A stretch of DNA of 64,000 bases from contig OZ242274.1 of the NCBI GenBank assembly GCA_965207375.1, positions 768,001-832,000 on the forward strand. The letters are read 5' to 3'. Under the pieces are notes generated by a model. That model made no database searches. It was not told the DNA's origin and saw nothing but the letters and a program-made list of their open reading frames with translations. The stretch is from Nitrosopumilaceae archaeon. GTDB taxonomy: Archaea; Thermoproteota; Nitrososphaeria; Nitrososphaerales; Nitrosopumilaceae. The position numbers and the translations under genes are program-made. Shown here in pieces: positions 1 through 9,600 of the stretch (positions are counted from its first letter, which is position 1; the number at the start of each line of letters is the position of its first letter).

Positions 1-141
1 ATACAAAATAATACGATAAAATCATGTTTCAAGTGTAACATTACACCTAGATTTTGCTCTATTTTTTGTCGATTACGAAAATACGCCTGATATCATAATG
101 TCAAAACAACATTAACAGATACGCAGGCGGCATAGATTAAA

Positions 142-1500
142 TTGTTCAAAATTACAAGCAACCATGTGAGCCTCAAATCCCTAATCCAGGACGGAAAAAA
201 AATCATTACGATATACGGACTAGGAAACGTAGGGGGTCCAATTGCAGCTGCATGGCTCAGAGCAGGTGCCACAGTCATCGGCGTAGATATTTCAAAAGAC
301 CTTTTGTCACAAATAAAAGACGGCACCTCGCACGCAAAGGAGCCATTTATTTCAGAAACCTTTACAAAATCACTAAAACAGCAAAAATTCACAGTTACAA
401 ATGATGGTATTGCAGCATCTACAAAATCACACATAAAGTTTATTGCAGTGCCAGTAGACATGCAAAAAGACAAGATAAATCTAGATTTCCTGCTTGCAGC
501 TACTGCATCTGTGTCGCACGGCCTAAAAAAAAATGACACAGTAATAGTCTGTCCGTCACTGCCTCCAGGTGTTACCTCAAATGCAGTAAGGACTATACTA
601 GAAAAAAACAGCAAGCTAGAGGCAGAAAAGGACTTTATGCTGATATACAACCCTGAACGAATCTTTGAGGGACAGGCCTTACAGGATATAGAACAAAACT
701 ATCCTGCCATTATATCCGGATACGGAAAAAAGAGTCTCCAGTTTGCAGATGAGCTACTAAAAATTATTTCTAAAAAGGGCACAGTCAAAATGTCCTGTAT
801 CGAAAACGCAGAGGCAGAAAAGCTGTTCGAAGGCGTTTACCGCGACGTAAATATCGCACTTGCAAATGAGCTTGCAGATTACTGCGAGTCTGCAGGTGTC
901 GATTTTTGGGATGCACGAAAGGGGGCAAACTCACAGCCTTCCTGCCACCTTCACTATCCTGGTACAGGAGTAGGCGGACTATGCATTCCGGTATATCCAA
1001 AATTCATCCTAGAATCCTCATCAAAAATCGGCAAGTCCATGAAAATAATACAACACTCTAGACAAACAAACGACCTTATGCCCAAAAAATGCGTCAAAGA
1101 CGCAATAGATCTTTTGATACAAAACAAAATCACACCCCAAAATTCAAAGATAGCAGTCTTAGGACTAGGCTTTCGCGGCGAGGTCACAGATTCGCGCCTT
1201 TCTCCTACATATGAGGTGGTCAGGCAATTTCTAAAGGCACGATGTATAGTAACGGTACATGATCCGTTCATACGATACGACTCGCAGCTTCCATCTACAG
1301 TACAGCTATACGATAATCTTAAAACCGTTACCGAGGCAGCAGATCTAATTTTTGTTTCATCGGATCATCTCATGTATTCAAAGCTTGCACAAGGAGATTT
1401 TGAAAATGCAAAAAAACCTCTCTTGATCTTTGATGGCAGAAACATACTTGATAAAAGTAAATTCAAAAAATCCTCAATTCTGACCATAGGTGTCAGATGA
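142..1500 (+). CDS. Nucleotide-sugar dehydrogenase (UDP-ManNAc/UDP-GlcNAc dehydrogenase, WecC-like)
   Basis: GLGNVGGP Rossmann motif, YNPERI, KLFEGVYRDVNIALANE, GVGGLCIP; start could be GTG at 166. Confidence 0.85.
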   Translation: MFKITSNHVSLKSLIQDGKKIITIYGLGNVGGPIAAAWLRAGATVIGVDISKDLLSQIKDGTSHAKEPFISETFTKSLKQQKFTVTNDGIAASTKSHIKFIAVPVDMQKDKINLDFLLAATASVSHGLKKNDTVIVCPSLPPGVTSNAVRTILEKNSKLEAEKDFMLIYNPERIFEGQALQDIEQNYPAIISGYGKKSLQFADELLKIISKKGTVKMSCIENAEAEKLFEGVYRDVNIALANELADYCESAGVDFWDARKGANSQPSCHLHYPGTGVGGLCIPVYPKFILESSSKIGKSMKIIQHSRQTNDLMPKKCVKDAIDLLIQNKITPQNSKIAVLGLGFRGEVTDSRLSPTYEVVRQFLKARCIVTVHDPFIRYDSQLPSTVQLYDNLKTVTEAADLIFVSSDHLMYSKLAQGDFENAKKPLLIFDGRNILDKSKFKKSSILTIGVR

Positions 1501-1688
1501 TCTTTTTGTAAAATATCGTAACAGATGGAGTTTCTAAAATGTTACGCCTGAATCTGATGTAAAAATTACTAGTTTTGCATTTTTTATACGCGCAATTGCA
1601 AAAAGTCTGTATATTACAAAATATCTGACTTGATCAAATCGTATTTTGCAATAGATTTATCTAAAATTATGAATGTAAGAAATTACTT

Positions 1689-3038
1689 TTGACCAAACAT
1701 TCTTACAAATTAAATAAAGTTCCAGAGAGAAAACAGGGAGATAAAATAACCCATGTAATGGATCCTATTCACAATTTTATAGACATTTCAGAATATCCCG
1801 TAATTCAACAGCTAATAGACACACCATATTTTCAAAGACTGAAGCGATTGAGTCAATTAGGACTCACCTCATCAGTATACCCAAACGCAACTCATTCTAG
1901 ATTCGCACATAGCATAGGCGTAATGCATGTGTTTCTTGTCCTATTTGATTCGATAGTGCAAAGATCTACCCTTACAAAACACGCCATTGATCATCTCAGA
2001 CCTATAGGTGCTGTTGCTGCCCTATTGCATGACATTGGGCATGGTCCATTTTCACATATTTCAGAAAAATTCCTAGATAATGGAAGTTTTGATCACGAAT
2101 CTATGACCCAAAAAATCATACTAGATACAGAAATACACGACATCCTAAAGGAAAACAAAATCGAATCAAGAATCATATGTGATGTGCTAAAACATCAAGT
2201 ATCTGGAGATTTACGCTTTGTGTCACAGCTGATCAGCAGTCAACTAGATGCAGATAGAATTGACTATCTCATGCGTGATGCACTGTTCACAGGAGTACCA
2301 TATGGAAAAATAGATATCTATAGAATTGCAAACACAATGTTCTTGTGGGACAAAACCACCTCAACAAAATCGCTACAGGGTACGGTGGTGATCTCTCAAA
2401 AAGGAATAGAAGCAGTAGAAAACTATCTCATAGGAAGATATCACATGTACAAGGGTGTCTACTATCACAAGACTGTTCGTTGCATGGAAAGCATACTAGT
2501 TAAAACATTCAAGCGCGCATCGGAGCTCAAAAAAGAATGCACCCATATAATGGATCTCGGCAAGAAGGTCACTCCAAAGACTATGCTCCAACTTGACGAC
2601 TATGTGTTTTATTCTGCAATCCACAAGTGGTGCAACTCATCTGATAAAATTCTAAAAGATCTATCATCACGCATCATAAACCGGAATCTGTTTAAGGCGC
2701 ATCGACTCACAAAGGATAACGTAATAAAGTCAGGTCTAGGTAAAATAGCTGACATTAAAAAACATCTCAAGACAAAACACTTTGATCCAAAATATTATTT
2801 TATTGTCGACTCTGAAACAAAACATGGATACGAACCGTATGTGGCCACAGAGCAGGACAACGAAACCTCCTCAATCAGTCACATAATGGTGAAAACAAGA
2901 TCCGGAGAATTAAGTGAGATATCACAGGTTTCCCCACTAGTCAGGGCCATAAGTTATGATGATGAAAATTCTATCAGCATATTTGTTCCAAAAATCAGCT
3001 TACCAACAGTTCAAGAATTGCTCAAGAATACTAATTAA
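1689..3038 (+). CDS. HD-domain phosphohydrolase, SAMHD1/YwfO-like putative dNTP triphosphohydrolase
   Basis: DPIH, FQRLKRLSQLG, HSRFAHSIG, LLHDIGHGPFSH, LDADRIDYLMRD, VYYHK motifs. Confidence 0.88.
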   Translation: MTKHSYKLNKVPERKQGDKITHVMDPIHNFIDISEYPVIQQLIDTPYFQRLKRLSQLGLTSSVYPNATHSRFAHSIGVMHVFLVLFDSIVQRSTLTKHAIDHLRPIGAVAALLHDIGHGPFSHISEKFLDNGSFDHESMTQKIILDTEIHDILKENKIESRIICDVLKHQVSGDLRFVSQLISSQLDADRIDYLMRDALFTGVPYGKIDIYRIANTMFLWDKTTSTKSLQGTVVISQKGIEAVENYLIGRYHMYKGVYYHKTVRCMESILVKTFKRASELKKECTHIMDLGKKVTPKTMLQLDDYVFYSAIHKWCNSSDKILKDLSSRIINRNLFKAHRLTKDNVIKSGLGKIADIKKHLKTKHFDPKYYFIVDSETKHGYEPYVATEQDNETSSISHIMVKTRSGELSEISQVSPLVRAISYDDENSISIFVPKISLPTVQELLKNTN

Positions 3039-3040
3039 TA

Positions 3041-3577
3041 ATGGCGACTAGGGATAATTTTGTGGAACTTGTTGACAGAGTCGGGCTTTTATGTGTTATA
3101 ATAGACGGCGGCAATGATCACAAGATAGTCGGAAGAACAATGTTGCAAAAGATAACCTATTTTTGCAGGTACTTGGGATGGGATGTTGGCCATTATCGTC
3201 TTCATTACTATGGTCCTTTCTCCTTTGAGCTTACAGATACCATAAAGACTGCACAACATGCAGGATTGATAACAGAGGGTGATGATACACCGCATACCTT
3301 TGAGCTCACCAAAACGGGACGCGATACCATGAAGCAATTTACAAAAAACATCTGCGATTCTGACAAGTTAAAAAACACATGCAATTTGATAGCAAAGCTG
3401 TCAACTTGGGAAAAGACAGAAATTGAGCTTGCCGCAACAATAGATTTTGTGTCTGGAAACACGCCTGACTTGAAAAAAGATGACCTGCTTGACAAGGTGG
3501 GCAAAATAAAAGAGAATTTTTCTGCCCGTGATATCCAAAATGCATATCGCATGTGGAAAAAACTCAATATTTCATAA
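3041..3577 (+). CDS. YwgA-like / DUF4065 (SocA-Panacea)-like winged-helix protein
   Basis: GRTMLQKITYF...YYGPFSFEL motif; starts 2 bp after the HD gene stop. Confidence 0.65.
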   Translation: MATRDNFVELVDRVGLLCVIIDGGNDHKIVGRTMLQKITYFCRYLGWDVGHYRLHYYGPFSFELTDTIKTAQHAGLITEGDDTPHTFELTKTGRDTMKQFTKNICDSDKLKNTCNLIAKLSTWEKTEIELAATIDFVSGNTPDLKKDDLLDKVGKIKENFSARDIQNAYRMWKKLNIS

Positions 3578-3631
3578 TTTAATACAACCAAATGAATCTA
3601 AGGGATGGGACAAGACACTGAGGAATTAAAG

Positions 3632-3919
3632 CTAATGTCTATTCACATATAATCGGGCTCTAGATACCTTGAAACTGTTAGGTTTCTTAAAATCACGTAA
3701 CTGCTTTTTGAATTTGTTGATTTGACCATCCTCCACTATTGCCGTTGCTGATACGCAGTAAACCGTGTCTAGAACTGTTCTTGTTGTATATGCCTTTGTA
3801 ACATTTTTGAAATTTTCCAAAAGGGAATCTCTTAGAGCTGCACAGTTTTCGTGTTCTTTTTTGGAACAACGCAACAAAATGTCTGCAATATGTATTTTAG
3901 ATTTAGCTGTTTTTGTCAT
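3632..3919 (-). CDS. Hypothetical protein, possibly ferredoxin-like (Lrp/AsnC ligand-binding-type) fold
   Basis: 95-aa ORF with ATG; apparent beta-alpha-beta-beta-alpha-beta pattern; fold is an inference. Confidence 0.5.
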   Translation of the reverse strand: MTKTAKSKIHIADILLRCSKKEHENCAALRDSLLENFKNVTKAYTTRTVLDTVYCVSATAIVEDGQINKFKKQLRDFKKPNSFKVSRARLYVNRH

Positions 3920-3970
3920 AATCTCTTACCAACAATTAATGTAAAAGAACTCACTCCAAGATTACCTCTA

Positions 3971-4315
3971 TTAGATCCGACCTTGTTTATCAACTAGTTT
4001 GCAGGAATAATCCATCAACAAAATTTTTTCCCTGTCGATGATTTTTTTAAAATTAACACCTACGGATTTTAAATCTATCACATCTACAGTATATGGAAGA
4101 TCAGAGTCATCAAATGCAATACTAAGATCGGTCAGGATTCCACGATCTAGGGGCTGTGTTCCCTCGCAGGCAAGATCCAAGTCCGATGCGTGGGTCGTAG
4201 TACGTTTGGCCCTGCTCCCAAATACCCAGACCCTAACATCGGGTGGCAGATATTTAGACAGAATTTCACATACAATATCCAAATTAGCACTACTTGTGTC
4301 AACAGTGCTAGTCAA
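3971..4315 (-). CDS. Minimal nucleotidyltransferase (MNT) antitoxin
   Basis: VWVFGSRAKRTTTHASDLD (GS-X10-DXD) and VDVID. Confidence 0.9.
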   Translation of the reverse strand: MTSTVDTSSANLDIVCEILSKYLPPDVRVWVFGSRAKRTTTHASDLDLACEGTQPLDRGILTDLSIAFDDSDLPYTVDVIDLKSVGVNFKKIIDREKILLMDYSCKLVDKQGRI

Positions 4316-4739
4316 GTGACCTGTTCAGCTCCTGTAAACTTGACAATACATGTTCTGCCTCTACTAGGAATTCTGGTGCTATCCCAAACACATCTTGTGC
4401 CTTGTCTTCATCATATGTGTGACTTGTAATACAGCGTTTTTGACGATATTTTTTCCATACAACAAGATCAGATCCTATTATAGTTTTTTTGTATGCTTTA
4501 CGAATTATATTGTTAAAAGACATGATATTGACATTCAGGGTGCCCTGAGAGGAGGCATTTAGATAACGTACAATCATTTTGAATGTGGATTCATATGTGA
4601 ACTCAAAAGCCTGAATGACTGCACTGCGCATCTGCTTTTTGTAAATGGGATTGTTATGGATCACGTCATCATTATACGAATTCAGTGCCTGTCTGAGCTG
4701 GGCAATTGCACTTTCTAACGATGTAAGATCAAGTGTCAT
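4308..4739 (-). CDS. HEPN protein, HI0074 family (nucleotidyltransferase substrate-binding / RNase toxin)
   Basis: IQAFEFTYE and RCITSHTYDE (R-X4-H); overlaps the MNT gene by 8 bp. Confidence 0.88.
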   Translation of the reverse strand: MTLDLTSLESAIAQLRQALNSYNDDVIHNNPIYKKQMRSAVIQAFEFTYESTFKMIVRYLNASSQGTLNVNIMSFNNIIRKAYKKTIIGSDLVVWKKYRQKRCITSHTYDEDKAQDVFGIAPEFLVEAEHVLSSLQELNRSLD

Positions 4740-5121
4740 ATTTCAAACTCCGTCATGTCATATTTTTTATCGTATTTACAGTCGGTCTTGGATTTAAGAG
4801 AAAATATACTATATCTGTGCATACGGTGGATCATCTCATATGATTCTGTATGTTGCTTTTTCACATCGTAATTAACTCCATGAATTAGGAACATTTTTTG
4901 CATGATTTTCTATATGCAATCAGACATTTATTTTTCACTCTTTACAGTACCGCAGACCTGCATGGTACAAAACATTCTTTGATGACTGGATTCTTTTTGT
5001 GACAGTTAACAAAGGCAAGATCTGTATATCTTCTAGACTGTAGACGAATTCACACATCCAAATTACAGGTAAACATGGATCATTTTGATGCTGTAGGTTC
5101 TGGCAAAGGTTATTGTACCAT

Positions 5122-5169
5122 GATCGACTTTCTAAAGTTACTCTAGTTTTTAGATGATCCATGAAACTG
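5122..5169 (-). repeat. 48-bp dispersed repeat, copy 1 (inverted relative to 15797-15844)
   Basis: Reverse complement matches 15797-15844 at 44/48. Confidence 0.85.
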
Positions 5170-5416
5170 CATGCAAAACCTCTTGTGCAGTTTACAACAA
5201 TTGATGCATACTTGCGAATCATGACAAGACTGTAAATGTATCATAATCAATGGGTCGTAATTAATGCAGAATGTGAATTTGGATTGGATGACTCGTGTGG
5301 AATTTTATTTGTCACACTTTAGTTTAAAATTGCAATTATATCCGAATCTCAGATCAATCCAAAGCCTCGGCCGGATATTGCAGCAGATTCTGCATTGCTG
5401 GTGGGTTAACTGGTAT

Positions 5417-5504
5417 TGGTATGTTGTGTAAGTTGTGTCGGATTTTATCCATGTACATAATCTACTGGTTTTGTGATGTTCAAGAACTTTTACGTGCCAC
5501 TATA
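5417..5504 (+). mobile_element. Solo degenerate right end of the IS630-like element
   Basis: ttgtgtaagttgtgt...tctactg.ttttgtg...aagaactttt.cg..cc.ctata aligns with 17499-17586. Confidence 0.75.
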
Positions 5505-5690
5505 CCACGAGTGCAGGCTGCACTTTTTACCCGACATTGAGCACTGTGAGGTTCCCACTCTAGGCGTTTAGAAACAAAAAAGTACCCGATGTGATCAGAA
5601 AAAGTGATCCAAAATGGATGGAGAAATGTATTGATGACTAGTGAATTTGGTTTCGATATAAAGTACTTTTATTAGTAGATATTTGTAAAT

Positions 5691-5927
5691 ATGATCATGT
5701 CAGTACAGGAAAAACCGAAATACTTCCCTCCATTGATAATCACTAATTCTAAAAAATTGATTGAATTGACCCATAAAAGCCAAACATCTTACATTGATAT
5801 TTTTATAGCAAAACAATTTCAAACATCAGAACTAAAGTTGGATCTGAACAAAACACAACAAAAAATAATGAATCGAGTATGGAGTAACGAGGCAGATAAT
5901 GTCTGGGATACATATCAGTCCACGTAA
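5691..5927 (+). CDS. Putative antitoxin (DUF2281-like C-terminus)
   Basis: C-terminal VWSNEADNVWDTY motif; overlaps the start of the MazF-like ORF. Confidence 0.55.
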   Translation: MIMSVQEKPKYFPPLIITNSKKLIELTHKSQTSYIDIFIAKQFQTSELKLDLNKTQQKIMNRVWSNEADNVWDTYQST

Positions 5928-6189
5928 TGTTGTTTTCATTCCCTTTACATTTACAAATGGTGACACAAAAAATAGACCCGCGTTAATAATATCTAGTGTG
6001 TTTACAATCTCAAATTCAAATATTTGTACCATAGTACCAATCACCACCTCTAGCGCTCAAACAAATCCTTACAAATTACCAATACATCAAAGAGATTTCG
6101 AGAGTCATCGTGTATGTCTGTGCATTAGTAAATTGCATTGTGTCTCATCAGGACATGGAATAAGTCATACCCATCAAAGAACTGACTAA
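5899..6189 (+). pseudogene. PemK/MazF-family toxin, C-terminally truncated
   Basis: RNVVFIPFTFTNGDTKNRPALIIS and IVPITT; resemblance ends after QRDFES (~6105). Confidence 0.7.
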
Positions 6190-6310
6190 TTCTGGGTACA
6201 AATTCTGAGTACAGGTGTATAATTTTACAGCTAAACGAAAGTTGGCCCAAATTCTTATCCCAACTCTGTTGCTCTGTTTACATTTCGTGGTAGATTTTGG
6301 TGGAATACTC

Positions 6311-6340
6311 TAGTTTTATGAATCATCTGTACCGAAAGTC
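6311..6340 (+). repeat. Internally deleted third copy of the 48-bp repeat
   Basis: tagttttatgaatcatct (15/18 to the repeat start) followed by ccgaaagtc. Confidence 0.5.
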
Positions 6341-6568
6341 TTCAAATTTGTTCTCTAGGTACTACAAAATAATGAATAATTGTTTCATGTAAATTATATA
6401 CTAAAATTGAGAAATAAACTAAATGGTAACACTTTGACTTTTTGAAATTGCATGCGTAAAAAATATCGAATCTATCATTTTTACATTTGATTCATGCATG
6501 GCACTTTGTAAAATTGATCAGTTACACTGTGATATCTTGATGGGATAATGAATAATTGATCCATTTAG

Positions 6569-6577
6569 ATTATATAC
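6569..6577 (+). promoter_or_regulatory. Probable TATA box of slaA (leaderless)
   Basis: ttatatac about 27 bp upstream of ATG 6604; an alternative tttataa lies at 6582. Confidence 0.4.
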
Positions 6578-6603
6578 TTACTTTATAACCATAAACTAAT
6601 AAC

Positions 6604-9600
6604 ATGTACAACGAAATATATAAAAAATTAACTAGTCTAACACTAATGGCAATCATGGTTGCTGGTGGTATGACCTTTGCAGTACCAGGAATGGTACCAG
6701 AGGCATATGCTGCCAATGCAAACCTGTTTGTCTCCGCAGAAAACTCACTATTTGACAATTACATGTCCGGACCTCAAGTAATTGAGGTTGCAATTATCGA
6801 CTCTTCTATTTCTGACACTGATGAAGGCAAAGGAGAACCTGACGTTACTGTTAATGGCAACAACCTGAGAATGGTGCAAGCCACTGACGGTAACTGGTAT
6901 GGTTACTTTGCTGATTATGAGATGGCAACAGAAGCCGCAAAACCAGGTAATGGATTGTACTTTGGTACATCCGGTTCTGCTAGTGATATTGGTCTTACTG
7001 AATTTGAAGCTGATGGATTATTTTACAACAACAAGACTAACGATAATGTTAAACTTAACGTTGTAAGAGAATCAAAGAACGTAAACGACTTTAAGGGTGG
7101 TCAAATCGGCATTGCCGAAAATAATTGGCCATTTATTCAACTATACACTCTAAATCCAACAGGCAATGTTGTGATACAGTACAATAAGGGAGGCGGTGCA
7201 CAAACCACCACATTAACCTTTGACACTGTTGATGACTTTGCAGGTATAGAATTGGACAGAACTTCTTATCCACAAGGAGCACAAGTTCATGCAACTGTTA
7301 CTGATGTATGGTTAAACATTGACCCAACAGATGAGGATTCTTGGACGTTTGCCACAAATGATGGTACTGCTTTCTATCATATCTTCAATGACAATGGTGG
7401 AAACGGTACCAACAATGCTGACGTACCTGTAGATCCTACTGAACTGATGTGTTCTGACTGTGCCTTGCTACTAAATCCTAATGTTCAAGGTGCTGATAAA
7501 CACGTCATTACAATTCAGGGCAATGCAGATTCTATGGTTGCTAATGATGGTCCTACCGTTGCCACAGCAGATGCTTGGAGAGGTAGTGCCGTAATTGAAA
7601 ACTTAGATGAAGGTACTCAGCCAGTTACTATTACAGAACAAGGACCAAACAGTGGAATCTTTGGTACTTATGACGAAGCCGACAAATCTGTACTCAAAAT
7701 TATCGATGATGCAGCTAGAGGCACGTCAGCTACTTTAGATTACAATGATAGCCCAGTATCTGTCCTAGTAACTCACGCATTTGCTGAAATCGACATTCAA
7801 CCAACATCTGATACCTGGAACAGCGGTGAACTAATACCAGTTGTTCTTGTCGATGCTGATATTAACAAAAATACCAGAGCAGACGAGAACATTTCATTAA
7901 GTGATCCTAGCTACCAAATAATTCCAAGTCTTAGGACTGGAAACCCAATTACATTGGGTAGTGGCGATATTATGGTATCATATGATGGCAGTGCCATGCA
8001 AGGTACTGATGTAGATGCCTTTAGCGACAGAGCAATTCTTGACGATGCTATGGGTGGTGACACAGTAAGTTCCGTACTAATTGACCTTGGTATTACTGGA
8101 GGAGACTTGAAAGGGTCTTTGATTAACAGCAATGCCGACAATACATATGGATACAACCTGTTCAACTATAACATCGACTCATTGACTGACGAAAACGTAA
8201 ACATATCCCTAGTTCATGGTGACGATCTTGCAGCTCCTGATGGCACAATCAAAATTGTTTGTGACGCATCAAACAGCGGCCTAGAGTTGTTACCTCATGA
8301 AAATTGTAAACAAGACATAAGACCAAGTGAACCAACTGCTCTTTCTGCAAGTCCAAGATCAGCTACTAGCGTAGCACTATCATGGACTGCATCAGAAAAC
8401 GCAGGAAGTTCATCAATCACAGATTACAAGGTAGAATATAGAATCGCAAATACCAACAACTGGATGACATTTGATGATGGCGTATCAACTAGTACCATGG
8501 CAACCGTGACTGGACTTACTGACGGCACAGAATATGCCTTTAGAGTAAGTGCAGTAAACAGCGTAGGTACAGGATATTCATCCGATGAGGACAAGGCAAC
8601 TGCAACTAACGTACAAAACAAACCAGATGCACCATCAGACTTGATGGTAACATCACAAGGTGATACTCAAATCATGCTATCATGGGCTGCACCATCAGAC
8701 GGTGGTTCACCTATTACTAGCTACACGATTCAACAAAGTAACGATTTAGGTTCTACCTTTAAGAACGCTAATACTACGTCTCCAGTAACTGGAATTACCG
8801 CAACTGTAACTGGACTTGATCCAGAAACAACATACATCTTCCAAGTAAGTGCAGTAAACAGCATAGGACCATCAGATTATTCTGATAGAGTCAGTGCAAA
8901 AACTACGCCTGCAAGTAACGGCGGTCAACAACCAAATCCTAACACACCAAACGTAGCTCCAGTAATCACAGCAATTACACCTAAAGCAGCAACAGTAGGT
9001 CAAGCATTGACATTCACTGTTGTAGCAACTGACGCTAATCCAGCAGACACTACTTTCACATACTCATTCAGTCAACCACAAGGACAGACATTAACATCTA
9101 CTCCTGATTGGACACCTACTACTGGTGTCTTTACATGGACTCCTGATGCAGCCGATATAGGTGACAAAATCTTTACCTTTATTGCAATGGACGATGGCGC
9201 TGCAAGATCAGCACCAGTATCTGTTACAATAACAGTAAGTGCAGCAAGCAACGGTGGTTCTAACAACGATCCAGTAGTAACACCAGGACAAGCTCCATCA
9301 GGTATAGCAGGTACAGCACTAGAACATCAAATCCTTGCAACTGATGATGATGCAGGTGACAGTCTTACTTACACTCTAATCAATGGTCCAGGAACACTAA
9401 CAATAAGTAGAACTGGTCTAATCGAGTGGGATGCACCAAGTGCAGGCTCACACGAAGTATCGTTTAGAGTAAGTGACGGCACATCTACTGTAAGAGGAAC
9501 TATCACAATAACGATAACTGCACCTACACCAACTTCAATAGTAATTCCATTACTATACAACTCTGGCAGTGCTTACGAATCACAACACTTTGGAGCAGCA

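Noticed and set aside
4935-5222. ORFs 4935-5222 and 15702-15905 sharing SFMDHLKTR.T.ESRS
   Set aside because: The shared peptide is just the translation of the 48-bp DNA repeat; the rest of the two ORFs is unrelated.
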